Assembly: GCA_035604275.1 (NCBI GenBank)
Contig: DATNIU010000249.1
Coordinates: 2,587-66,586, forward strand
From: Streptosporangiaceae bacterium
GTDB lineage: Bacteria; Actinomycetota; Actinomycetes; Streptosporangiales; Streptosporangiaceae
Length of the DNA stretch: 64,000 nt
Direction: 5' to 3'
A program made the position numbers and the translations under genes. Each line of letters opens with the position of its first letter. Position 1 is the first letter of the stretch. This document shows positions 51,257-59,940 of the stretch, piece by piece. The notes beneath the pieces are model-generated. The model saw only the letters and a program-made list of their open reading frames with translations, did no database searches and had not been told where the DNA came from.

Positions 51257-52347
51257 GCTCCGACGAGCCGCCCCGCCCCGAGCCGCGCGCCAGCACTGAG
51301 CCGCGCGCCAGCGCTGAGCCGCCCGCCAGCGCTGAGGTGCGGGCGGGCGCCGGGCCTGATCCCCTGCTGACGGTCCGCGACCTGCGCACCTATCTCGCCA
51401 CTGGGCAAGGGGTGGTACGGGCGGTCGACGGCGTGTCGTTCACGGTCGGGCAGGCCGAGGTGCTCGGCGTCGTCGGGGAGAGCGGCTGCGGCAAGACCGT
51501 GACCTGCCGCACGATCATGGGTCTCATGCCGCGACGCACCGCGTACAGCAGCGGAGAGGTCATCTACCATCCCCGCGGCGACGGCAGCATCCTCGACCTC
51601 TCGCAGGCAGAGCTGCAGAAACTCCGGGGCGCTCAGCTGGCGATGATCTTCCAGGACCCGATGACCGCGCTCAACCCGGTGCGCAGCATCGGCGACCAGC
51701 TGCTCGAGGCCGTCACCGCGCACGCGAAGCTGCCGAGGCCGCGGGCCCACGACCGGGCCGTTGACCTGCTCACCAGGGTCGGCATCCCGGCCCCCGGCCG
51801 GCGGATGCGCGACTACCCGTTCCAGTTCAGCGGGGGGATGCTCCAGCGCGCGCTGATCGCCATCGCGCTCGCGTCATCGCCGAGGCTGCTGCTGGCCGAC
51901 GAGCCGACCACGTCCCTCGATGTGATCATCCAGGACCAGATCCTGAGCCTGCTGCTCGAGCTGCAGCGGGACACCGGGATGAGCATGATCCTGGTCAGCC
52001 ATGACCTGGCCGTCATCACCGAGGTCTGCGATCGGATCATCGTCATGTACGGCGGCCAGGTGGTCGAGGAGGGCGAGACGGCGACGATCATCACCGCGCC
52101 TGCCCACCCCTACACCAGGGCACTGCTCGACGCGCTGCCGGAGGCCGGCCGGCCCGGTCAGCTGACCAGCATTCCTGGCAAGCCGCCCAGCCTGATCGAT
52201 GTCCCGGCAGGCTGCCGCTTCGCGCCGCGATGCCCGCTGGCGACCGATAAGTGCACCAGCTGGCAGACCACGCTAGTCGAGGCCGGCGGGCTCGGGCACC
52301 GGGCCCGGTGCTGGCGGCACGGAGAAATCGGAGGGGCGAAAGCATGA
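51253..52347 (+). CDS. ABC transporter ATP-binding protein, OppD/DppD type
   Basis: GESGCGKT, FSGGMLQRALIAIAL, LLADEPTTSLD, and C-terminal CRFAPRCPLATDKC. The N-terminus carries an 18-bp x3 in-frame repeat (51280-51333); an alternative GTG start lies at 51337. Confidence 0.9.
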   Translation: MSSDEPPRPEPRASTEPRASAEPPASAEVRAGAGPDPLLTVRDLRTYLATGQGVVRAVDGVSFTVGQAEVLGVVGESGCGKTVTCRTIMGLMPRRTAYSSGEVIYHPRGDGSILDLSQAELQKLRGAQLAMIFQDPMTALNPVRSIGDQLLEAVTAHAKLPRPRAHDRAVDLLTRVGIPAPGRRMRDYPFQFSGGMLQRALIAIALASSPRLLLADEPTTSLDVIIQDQILSLLLELQRDTGMSMILVSHDLAVITEVCDRIIVMYGGQVVEEGETATIITAPAHPYTRALLDALPEAGRPGQLTSIPGKPPSLIDVPAGCRFAPRCPLATDKCTSWQTTLVEAGGLGHRARCWRHGEIGGAKA

Positions 52348-53492
52348 CGGGCAGGCGACTTGGCATCGGCCTGATCGGGGCCGGCCGCTGGGCCAGCTGG
52401 GCGCACCTGCCCGGCTGGGCCCGAGACGACCGATGCGAGATCGTCGGCGTCTGCGACCGCGAGGTCGACCGGGCGCGGGCGGCGGCCGGCCAGTACGGCG
52501 CCACGGTTGTCACCGCCGACTACCGCGAGCTGCTCAAGCGCGACGATATCGACATCATCGACGTGGTCACCAGGGATTCCGAGCACTTCGAGATCAATCT
52601 GGCGGCGATCGAGGCCGGAAAGCACGTGCTCAGCGAGAAGCCCGTGGCGCATGATTTCCGCGACGTCGCCGCGGTCGCCGACCTGGCCGCGGCGAGAGGA
52701 CTGAAGACGAAGGTCGGCCTCACCTTCAGGTACAGCCCCGCCGTCAGGTACCTCAAGGACATGATCGACAGCGGCAGCCTCGGCACGCCGTTCATCTACA
52801 ACGCCTACGAGCAGAACTCGCAGTGGCTGAATCCGGCCACGCCCCTGCGGAGCGGCGAGCGGGCCGGCGAGCGCGCGCTCCAGGTGGCGTCGCTCGAGGG
52901 CTACGGCGCGCCGGTCATCGATATCGGGCACTGGTTCATGGGATCGGACCTCACCGCGGTGGTCGGCGTGATGCGCAACTTCGTCCCCGAGCGCATGATC
53001 GCCGACACCGGCCTGCTGGCCAGGGTGAACATCGACGACGGCGATATCTTCATTGGCGAGTTCGCCAGCGGGGCGATCTGCTCGGTGCAGACCAGCTTCG
53101 TGACCGTCGGGAACTACCCGGGCATCGAGGTCCGGGTCTACGGCAGCGAGGGCGCGGCAATCGCCCGGCTGGTCGAGGAGTTCGGGATCTGCGAGACGCT
53201 CAAGGTAGCCAGGCCAGACGATGTGGAGTTCAGGGAGGTCGAGGTGCCCGCGCGCTACTACCCGCCCGGCGGCAGCCCGCGCGAGTCCTGGCGGACCCTG
53301 TACTACGCCAACCTCACCGCCAACTTCGCCAGCGAGGTGCTCGGCGAGATCGCCGGTAACGAGGGCAACTTCCACGACGGCCTCTGGGTGCAGGAGGTAG
53401 TGAACGCCGTGGAGATCTCGCACCATGAGCGCCGCTGGGTTAGCCTGCCGCTCGACGCCACACGGCGGCCAGCTGACCCGCAGGCCGGCTGA
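52344..53492 (+). CDS. Gfo/Idh/MocA-family oxidoreductase (about 50% similar by eye to 45272-46411)
   Basis: IGLIGAGRWASWAHLPGW...GKHVLSEKPV...KVGLTFRYSPA. ATGA overlap with the ATPase gene. Confidence 0.9.
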   Translation: MTGRRLGIGLIGAGRWASWAHLPGWARDDRCEIVGVCDREVDRARAAAGQYGATVVTADYRELLKRDDIDIIDVVTRDSEHFEINLAAIEAGKHVLSEKPVAHDFRDVAAVADLAAARGLKTKVGLTFRYSPAVRYLKDMIDSGSLGTPFIYNAYEQNSQWLNPATPLRSGERAGERALQVASLEGYGAPVIDIGHWFMGSDLTAVVGVMRNFVPERMIADTGLLARVNIDDGDIFIGEFASGAICSVQTSFVTVGNYPGIEVRVYGSEGAAIARLVEEFGICETLKVARPDDVEFREVEVPARYYPPGGSPRESWRTLYYANLTANFASEVLGEIAGNEGNFHDGLWVQEVVNAVEISHHERRWVSLPLDATRRPADPQAG

Positions 53493-53541
53493 GGCCGGCC
53501 GTCAGCTACCGGGATCAGGCAGAGAGGCAGGACACCAGGCG

Positions 53542-54540
53542 ATGACCATCACTCCCGCCCTGCGCTGGGGAATCATCGGCACGGCGAACATCGCGCGGGC
53601 GGCCTTCCTGCCCGGCCTGCGCGCGGCCGGGGGCACGGCCAGCGCGGTGGCAGGCCGTGACCTGGCCAGAGCCGAGCGGTTCGCGGCCGACAACGGCGTC
53701 GATCGCGCGGTGGCCGGCTACCAGAGCCTGATCGACGATCCCGGCATCGATGCGCTCTACATTCCGCTGCCCAACTCACTGCACGCGGAATGGACCACCC
53801 GTGCGCTCGAGGCGGGCAAGCCGGTGCTGTGCGAGAAGCCGCTCTGCGGAACGCTCGCGGACACCGAGCGCGTGCTCGGTGTCGCGCGGCAGACCGGCAC
53901 CCTGCTCTGGGAGGCCTTCGTCTTTCCGTTCGGCGAGCACATGCGGGTGATCCGCTCGCTGATCGACGATGGCTCGATCGGCGAGCTCAGGGAGGTCCAG
54001 TCCGGTTTCCATTTCAGCATCGGCCGGCCGGACGACATCAGATTGTCGGCCGGGCTTGAGGGCGGCGCGCTGCTGGACGTCGGGTGCTATCCGGTCCGGC
54101 TGGCCCAGGAGCTGCTCGGCCCCGGCTACCTCAGTGCCTGGGCGGTCCGCGAGACCGGCGGCGCGGGCGTGGACATCGAGACCTGGGGAACGCTCGGCTA
54201 CTCCGGCGGCCGCAGGCTGCTGCTGTCCTGCGGGATGCGGCGCGGGTACGACACGTTCAGCCGGCTGCTCGGCACCGACGGGCAGATCCACGTCAGCAAC
54301 CCCTTCCACCCCGGCCTGGACGACGAGATCGTTCTTCATCCGGTCCGCGGCGAGACGACCCGGTTTCCCGCGAGCACGGGCGAGCCCTCGTTCACCGCCG
54401 CCATCCGTCACATCAGCGCGGCGGTCACGGGCACCGAGCCGCCCCGCTTGCTCGCCGCGGATGCCTCGCTGCCGACCGCCCGCGCCCTGCACGACCTGGC
54501 TGCCGCGGCGCTCGGCTCAGATGCCGCTCCGTCGACTTAG
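53542..54540 (+). CDS. Gfo/Idh/MocA-family oxidoreductase (distinct subtype)
   Basis: WGIIGTANIARAAFLPGL...YIPLPNSLHAEW...GKPVLCEKPL. Confidence 0.85.
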   Translation: MTITPALRWGIIGTANIARAAFLPGLRAAGGTASAVAGRDLARAERFAADNGVDRAVAGYQSLIDDPGIDALYIPLPNSLHAEWTTRALEAGKPVLCEKPLCGTLADTERVLGVARQTGTLLWEAFVFPFGEHMRVIRSLIDDGSIGELREVQSGFHFSIGRPDDIRLSAGLEGGALLDVGCYPVRLAQELLGPGYLSAWAVRETGGAGVDIETWGTLGYSGGRRLLLSCGMRRGYDTFSRLLGTDGQIHVSNPFHPGLDDEIVLHPVRGETTRFPASTGEPSFTAAIRHISAAVTGTEPPRLLAADASLPTARALHDLAAAALGSDAAPST

Positions 54541-54599
54541 CATTGATCGCGATCGCTCTCGTGCCCGATATAATAGATTTTATCGGATCTAATCAATGC
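54540..54599. terminator. AT-rich nested inverted repeats between convergent genes (GCATTGAT...ATCAATGC outer; CCGATA-N10-TATCGG inner)
   Basis: Read directly. This is the lowest-GC patch in this part of the window. Confidence 0.25.
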
Positions 54600-54628
54600 C
54601 GTGTGCCCACCAGGCGGGCGCCGGCGCG

Positions 54629-57073
54629 CTATCGCTCCGCGGGCCGGGCCGAGCCGACCGCCGACGTGGTGATTCCGCTGACGGCTGCCGGGATGCCTGC
54701 CACCGCCGCCGGGATGGCGCCGATCGCCGCCGGGAGCCGTGCGCCCGCCTCCCTGAGGCCGCCCGGCAGCCAGGCCAGCCAGCGCGGCAGGTACCAGCTG
54801 CGCTCGCCGAGCAGCGCCAGAGCGGCGGGCACGCAGATCCCGCGCACCACGGTCGCGTCGACGAAGACGGCGAAGGCCAGGCCGATCCCGATCATCTTCA
54901 GGTCGATGGTGGACAGCGACGCGAAGATCGAGAAGACGGCCATCATGATGACGGCGGCGCTGGTCACCACTCCGGCGCCGCTGGAGATCCCGCCGACCAC
55001 GGCATCAGGAGTGCTCGCTCCGGCCGACCAGAGCTCCTTGATCCGGCTCAGGATGAAGACGTGGTAGTCCATGCTCAGCCCGAACAGGAACACGAACATG
55101 AACAGCGGCACCCAGTCCATGATCCCGCCGAATGAGGTGAAGCCGAGCAGGCCCTGCAGATGCCCGTCCTGGAAGACGATCGTGATCAGGCCGTAGGCCG
55201 CGCCGACCGAGAGCAGGTTGAGCCCGATCGAGACCAGCGGGATGACCAGCGACCTGAACGCGATCAGCAGCAGCAGGAAGGCGAGCACCGCCACCATGCC
55301 GAACACCAGCGGCGCCGACGAGCGCAGTACGGCCCGGTAGTCGTACCTGTTCGCGGTGTCGCCGGTGACGGCGTAGCTGACGCCGCGGACCTTGCCCAGC
55401 GTGGCCGGCAGGATCTGCCCGCGCAGCACCTCGAGGGCGTGCGCCGCGGCCGGGCTCCTGTCGCTGCCCGCGAGCGGGACCGATACGACCAGGCCCCGCC
55501 CCCCTCCCACGGACAGCGCCGTGACCGGCGCGTGGATCGGCCCGCCAGCGGCGGCCCTGGCCTGCAGCTGGCCGATGGCCGTCCTCATGGCCCGGCCGGT
55601 CACGCCGCTGCCGGTCACTACCACCTGGGCCGGGCCTGGCTTGCTGGGGAAGTCGTGCTGGATCTGGCTCAGCGTGCGCACCACGGGCAGGCTGGTGGGC
55701 AGGTTGATGGCCGGACTGCCGATCCGCATGCCGAGCGCCGGGATGGCTAGGGCGCCGAGCGCCGCGATGGCCACGCCGCCCCAGATCGCCGGGTGCCTGA
55801 CCACCCTGCCGACCAGCGCCGCCCACATCTGCGAGCGCCTGGCCTGGGTCCTTGCCCGGCCGAGGAACGGGATGCGGCCCCGGTCGGCCCACGGCCCGAG
55901 CAGCGACAGCACGGCGGGCAGCACGGTCAGCGATCCGGCGACCGCCACGCCGACGACGGTGATCGTGCCGATCGCGAAGCCGGTGAACATGTCGATGCCG
56001 GTGAAGAGCAAGCCAGCCATGCAGACCATGACGGTCAGGCCGGATACCACGATCGCTCGCCCGGAGGTGGCGGCCGCGGTGCGCAGGGCGGCGTAGAACG
56101 TCGCGCCCGCCGTCCGCTCTTCCCGTTCACGGCGAAGGTAGAAGAGGGTGTAGTCGACTCCGACGGCCATCCCGATGATCAGCACGACCTCGGACGTTCC
56201 CGGTCCGATCGGCAGCCAGCGGCTGGGAATGGCGAGCAGCGAGACCGCCGTCATCACGGCGGTGCCGGCCAGCAGAACCGGGATGCCGGCCGCGATGATC
56301 GCGCCGAAGACCAGCAGCAGGAGCAGCAGCGTGATCGGGATGGAGGTCAGGCCCGCCTTGCGGAAATCGGAGTTCATCATCGCGTTGGCGGCCCGATCCG
56401 TGCTGGCGTCGCCTGCCTCGGCGACCACGAGATCGGGGTACCTGGCCTGGATCCCGGATACGGCGTGCATCGCCCGCGCCACCGTCGTGTCGGCGCTGCC
56501 GTGCGGCCCGGCGACCCGGAAGGTGACCAGCACGCCGCCGCCACGCGGTGCCACCAGCGCGCTGCCGCCCCGGCCGAACGGAGTGCGGACATCCGACGCC
56601 ACGGACGGGAGCGCGCGCAGCGCTGCCGCGACATCGCGGGCGGCCTGCCTGAGCCGGGGGTCGGTGGCGAAGGCGTGCCCGGGACCGCTCACCCGCGGCT
56701 GGATCAGGACGGTCTCCGACGGCGGGCTGACCACGTGCAGCTGGTCGAGCATCCGCTCCGCGACGCCGGAGGGGCCAGGGTCGTACTGCGGGTGGCTCTG
56801 GGTGCCGAACAGGTGGCCGGCTAGCAGCGCCCCGCCGACCATGGCGAGCCACGCCGTGATGGCGATCAGCCGGTGCCGGGCGCTCCAGCAGGCGATCTGC
56901 TCGACCGCCGGGCGACGGCGCCATCCGCCGGCCCTGGCCGCGCTGGCCGCTGCTCCCCCGGCCGGAGCGGGCCCGGCCGGAGCGGGCCCGGCTAGGTCAC
57001 CGGATTGCGCAGCCGAGTCCCCGTCCGCCGCCTCCTCATCGTTCACACGCGTCGGCGGATTGCTCAGCTGCAT
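54629..57073 (-). CDS. MMPL-family (RND superfamily) membrane transporter
   Basis: Two 6-TM bundles with large loops: MNSDFRKAGLTSIPITLLLLLLVFG, VGVDYTLFYLRRERE, GLSMDYHVFILSRIKE. The track start at 57076 is TTG; ATG at 57073. Confidence 0.9.
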   Translation of the reverse strand: MQLSNPPTRVNDEEAADGDSAAQSGDLAGPAPAGPAPAGGAAASAARAGGWRRRPAVEQIACWSARHRLIAITAWLAMVGGALLAGHLFGTQSHPQYDPGPSGVAERMLDQLHVVSPPSETVLIQPRVSGPGHAFATDPRLRQAARDVAAALRALPSVASDVRTPFGRGGSALVAPRGGGVLVTFRVAGPHGSADTTVARAMHAVSGIQARYPDLVVAEAGDASTDRAANAMMNSDFRKAGLTSIPITLLLLLLVFGAIIAAGIPVLLAGTAVMTAVSLLAIPSRWLPIGPGTSEVVLIIGMAVGVDYTLFYLRREREERTAGATFYAALRTAAATSGRAIVVSGLTVMVCMAGLLFTGIDMFTGFAIGTITVVGVAVAGSLTVLPAVLSLLGPWADRGRIPFLGRARTQARRSQMWAALVGRVVRHPAIWGGVAIAALGALAIPALGMRIGSPAINLPTSLPVVRTLSQIQHDFPSKPGPAQVVVTGSGVTGRAMRTAIGQLQARAAAGGPIHAPVTALSVGGGRGLVVSVPLAGSDRSPAAAHALEVLRGQILPATLGKVRGVSYAVTGDTANRYDYRAVLRSSAPLVFGMVAVLAFLLLLIAFRSLVIPLVSIGLNLLSVGAAYGLITIVFQDGHLQGLLGFTSFGGIMDWVPLFMFVFLFGLSMDYHVFILSRIKELWSAGASTPDAVVGGISSGAGVVTSAAVIMMAVFSIFASLSTIDLKMIGIGLAFAVFVDATVVRGICVPAALALLGERSWYLPRWLAWLPGGLREAGARLPAAIGAIPAAVAGIPAAVSGITTSAVGSARPAER

Positions 57074-57333
57074 CAAGCATTACCTTTCACTCAGACGAGG
57101 ATCTATCAGATCAGCGAAGCGGAACCGCCTAAAGTTCCCCGGCTTCGCCGACCTCAATGCCCGCCCCGGAACGCAGCCAGTTCCAGCCGCGGCACTGACG
57201 AGGGAGAATACCCGTGAATCCGCTGCGGCCCGGCCTGGATCGGCAAAGTCTGACCTAACCGGGTAGCCGGCCGTACCGGAACTTGACCGTCAGCCCAGCC
57301 CTGCCGAGACACGCCAGGTCGGGCGGCAGGGCA

Positions 57334-57401
57334 GGCGGTCGGCCAGAGCGGTCGGCCAGGGCAGGGCGGGCGGTCGGCCAGGGCGGTCGGCCAGGGTAGG
57401 G
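57334..57401. repeat. 33-bp x2 tandem repeat, each unit containing two CGGTCGGCCAG copies, upstream of the phosphatase gene
   Basis: Read directly from the sequence. Confidence 0.9.
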
Positions 57402-57441
57402 CGTGTGGGGCACAGCCAGCGTCGTCCGCCAAGATTGCCGC

Positions 57442-58044
57442 ATGGGCGAACTGATTCTGGTCCGGCACGGAGAGACGCGGTGGAGCAGCGCGCACAAGCA
57501 CACCGGCCGTACCGACATTCCGCTGACGCCGGCGGGCGAGGCGGCGGCGGCCTCGCTGGCCGGCCCGCTGGCGGCCCGGCCGATCGTGGCGGCGCTGAGC
57601 AGTCCGGCGCAGCGGGCCGTGCGGACGGCCGAGTTGGCCGGCCTGGCCGGCCTGGCCGGCCTGAAGGTGGATCCTGACCTCGCCGAATGGGACTACGGCG
57701 GCTACGAGGGCAGGACCACGCAGGAAATCAGGGCCGGCCGCCCCGGCTGGTACCTGTGGCGCGACGGTGTGATCGCCGGCGGTCCCGGTCACCCAGGCGA
57801 GACGATCGGCGAGGTCGGCGCCAGGGCGGATGCCGTGCTGTCCCGGGTGCGCCCGCTGCTGGCCGACGGCGACGTTGCCCTGTTCGCCCACGCCCACCTG
57901 CTGCGCATCCTCGCCGCCCGCTGGCTTGGCCTGGAGCCCGCCGGGGGAAGGCTGTTCCGGCTGGACACCGGCACGCTGTCGACACTGGGCGCCGAGCACG
58001 ACGAGCCGGTGATCAGCACCTGGAACCTGGGCGTGGCCGGCTAG
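57442..58044 (+). CDS. Histidine phosphatase (phosphoglycerate mutase-like) family protein
   Basis: LILVRHGETRWS...HTGRTDIPLT...EWDYGGYEGRT...FAHAHLLR. Confidence 0.85.
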   Translation: MGELILVRHGETRWSSAHKHTGRTDIPLTPAGEAAAASLAGPLAARPIVAALSSPAQRAVRTAELAGLAGLAGLKVDPDLAEWDYGGYEGRTTQEIRAGRPGWYLWRDGVIAGGPGHPGETIGEVGARADAVLSRVRPLLADGDVALFAHAHLLRILAARWLGLEPAGGRLFRLDTGTLSTLGAEHDEPVISTWNLGVAG

Positions 58045-58125
58045 CCGCGGTCCGCCGCCCGGCGGATTCGCCGTCCGTGACCGGCCCGGCCCGGCGAGAT
58101 CACCGGCCTGCACGGCCCGATCAGC

Positions 58126-59397
58126 TCAGCGGCTGACCGGATTGGCGACCCAGGCGAGCATGAGCGGCTCGCCGGTCAGCGTGTCCCTGATCACCAGCAG
58201 ATACGGCCGGTTGAAGCTCAGGGGCGTGGCTCTCGCCGCGGTCGGCAGCAAGGTCACCGCGGTGGCGGCGCTCGCGACCGTGCCCTTCTCCCCCACCGCG
58301 AGGGTGGCCGCGTGCTGCACAGCGCCGATGCAGCAGGCCTGCGGGGAGATCCCGGTGAAGTCGGCGCCCTGGCTGAAGGCGATGCCCATCCCGAGCGCGG
58401 TGAGCGGTCCGCGCATCGACTCGCTCGCGGCCAGGTTGATCTTCGGCAGCGCGATCGCCGTGTTCGCGCCGTGCGCGGCCATGCTCGTCGCCAGCGTGCT
58501 TAGCGTCGACGGGGCCGGCACCTGGCAGCCGCCGGCTCCGCCGCGGCCGGCCGCCGGCGGCAGGAGAGCGAGCATCGTCAGCCGTCCGCCCCGGTACGGC
58601 AGCGCCGCGGCCGTCCAGCCAGCGGCCTTCGCCGTCCGGAACCCGCCCCCGTTCAGGTACTGCGCGGTGACGGTGCCAGATCCGGTGCTGAACGACCCGG
58701 GCGCGGTCTCCGCGTGATCGAACGGGTGCGCCCAGGCGGCCTTGAGGTACAGCGCGTCGGTCAGCACCCAGCCCGGTGGCGGCACCATCGCGCTCGGCGG
58801 CAGCAGCTCCCTGATGTGACCTGCCGTTTCAGCCGCGACCGAGGCGTTGATGGTCCTGCGGGCCTCCTCGGGCCTGGACAGCAGCGGAACGTGCCGCAGC
58901 CCCGCCTGGTAGGCCGAGCGAAGCTCGGCGACGAAGCGGGCCCTGGTGACCAGCGTCGGGTCGGCCCAGATCCGGTTGCTGGCGGCGAACGTGACGCCCG
59001 GCCGGTTCAGCGAGCCGAGTAGCGCGGCCCGCGCGGCCAGGCCGTCGACGAGCCTCGATCCGGTCGCTGGCAGGCGAAGCACCTGCGCCATGGCGGCGGC
59101 CGTCGCGCCGCGGGCGCCGAGGGACGCCATGCCGAGTCCGGTGGCCAGGCTCACCGGCGACAGCACCATGTTGCTGCCCGGCTGACCATGACAGAGCTCG
59201 GAGAGCAGCCTGAGGCCGAAGGCCGTGTCGCCGGTCCCGTAGGCACGGAGCGTCGCGACCTGGCTCGATGTCAGGACGACCGGCCGCGGGGACTGCCGGC
59301 CGGGTGAGCTCGGGCCGGCCTGGCCGGCGCATCCGCTTGCCGCGATGGCACAGCTCGCCACGACGCTGAGTGCCGCGATCCGGCGCATGTTCTTCAT
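58126..59397 (-). CDS. Serpin-family protein, predicted lipoprotein
   Basis: MKNMRRIAALSVVASCAIAASGC lipobox. Serpin core: NMVLSPVSLATGLGMASLGARG, NASVAAETAGHIRELLP, LTDALYLKAAW. Hinge/RCL: GEKGTVASAATAVTLLPTAARA...FNRPYLLVIRD. Confidence 0.85.
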   Translation of the reverse strand: MKNMRRIAALSVVASCAIAASGCAGQAGPSSPGRQSPRPVVLTSSQVATLRAYGTGDTAFGLRLLSELCHGQPGSNMVLSPVSLATGLGMASLGARGATAAAMAQVLRLPATGSRLVDGLAARAALLGSLNRPGVTFAASNRIWADPTLVTRARFVAELRSAYQAGLRHVPLLSRPEEARRTINASVAAETAGHIRELLPPSAMVPPPGWVLTDALYLKAAWAHPFDHAETAPGSFSTGSGTVTAQYLNGGGFRTAKAAGWTAAALPYRGGRLTMLALLPPAAGRGGAGGCQVPAPSTLSTLATSMAAHGANTAIALPKINLAASESMRGPLTALGMGIAFSQGADFTGISPQACCIGAVQHAATLAVGEKGTVASAATAVTLLPTAARATPLSFNRPYLLVIRDTLTGEPLMLAWVANPVSR

Positions 59398-59451
59398 GCG
59401 ACCTTGGACGCTTGCCGGGACCGCACGGTTCCGCATCCGGGCTGAACGCCG

Positions 59452-59940
59452 CTAGCGGGTCAGCGCCGCGCGCTGCCGCGCGCCGCCGGAGAGGCAGACC
59501 GCGAGGCCGAGCACGCCCACGTCCCGCAGGGTCAGATCGGTCAGCCCGCCGGTGACGGTCAGGGTGATCACGATCTGCGCAAGCAGCAGGGCGGCCACCG
59601 CCGCCGCGAGCCGCAGCGCCACCCCGGCCACGATCGCGACGGCGAGCATGAGCAGGATCCAGCCGTGCACGAGGACGAGCACGAGCGCGAACGTCGACGT
59701 GGCCGGGATGACGGGCACATACCCGGTCCACAGCTGCGGCTGCACCAGCTCGTGGTAGCCGAACCAGGCAAGAACCAGGCCGAGCATGATCCGCCCGGCC
59801 GTGGGCGCCCACTCAGCCGCGAACCGCTGCGCACGGCCGGCCAGGCCGGTGTCGGCCGCCGCGTCCATCGCCGCGGCGCCGGGCCTTCGTGCGGCTGGCC
59901 GCGTGCGGCTCGCCACCGCCGGGCTGGCGTTCTTGGTCAC
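59452..59940 (-). CDS. DoxX-like small membrane protein
   Basis: RIMLGLVLAWFGYHEL...; 3-4 TM helices. Confidence 0.55.
   Translation of the reverse strand: MTKNASPAVASRTRPAARRPGAAAMDAAADTGLAGRAQRFAAEWAPTAGRIMLGLVLAWFGYHELVQPQLWTGYVPVIPATSTFALVLVLVHGWILLMLAVAIVAGVALRLAAAVAALLLAQIVITLTVTGGLTDLTLRDVGVLGLAVCLSGGARQRAALTR

Noticed and set aside
47867-53426. Long minus-strand ORFs 47867-49534 (555 aa) and 52158-53426 (422 aa), plus similar antisense ORFs such as 19696-20718, 41954-43000, 35684-37342 and 22409-23707.
   Set aside because: All are antisense to genes with strong motif support and show shadow-ORF composition.
12056-57401. Tandem repeat arrays considered as possible CRISPR arrays.
   Set aside because: The units are contiguous with no unique spacers, are only 9-33 bp long, and no cas genes are present.
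57077-57441. Possible small gene or RNA in the 365-bp region between the MMPL and phosphatase genes.
   Set aside because: The listed ORFs there are low-complexity and driven by the tandem repeat, with no convincing coding signal or RNA motif. The region is recorded only as a repeat.
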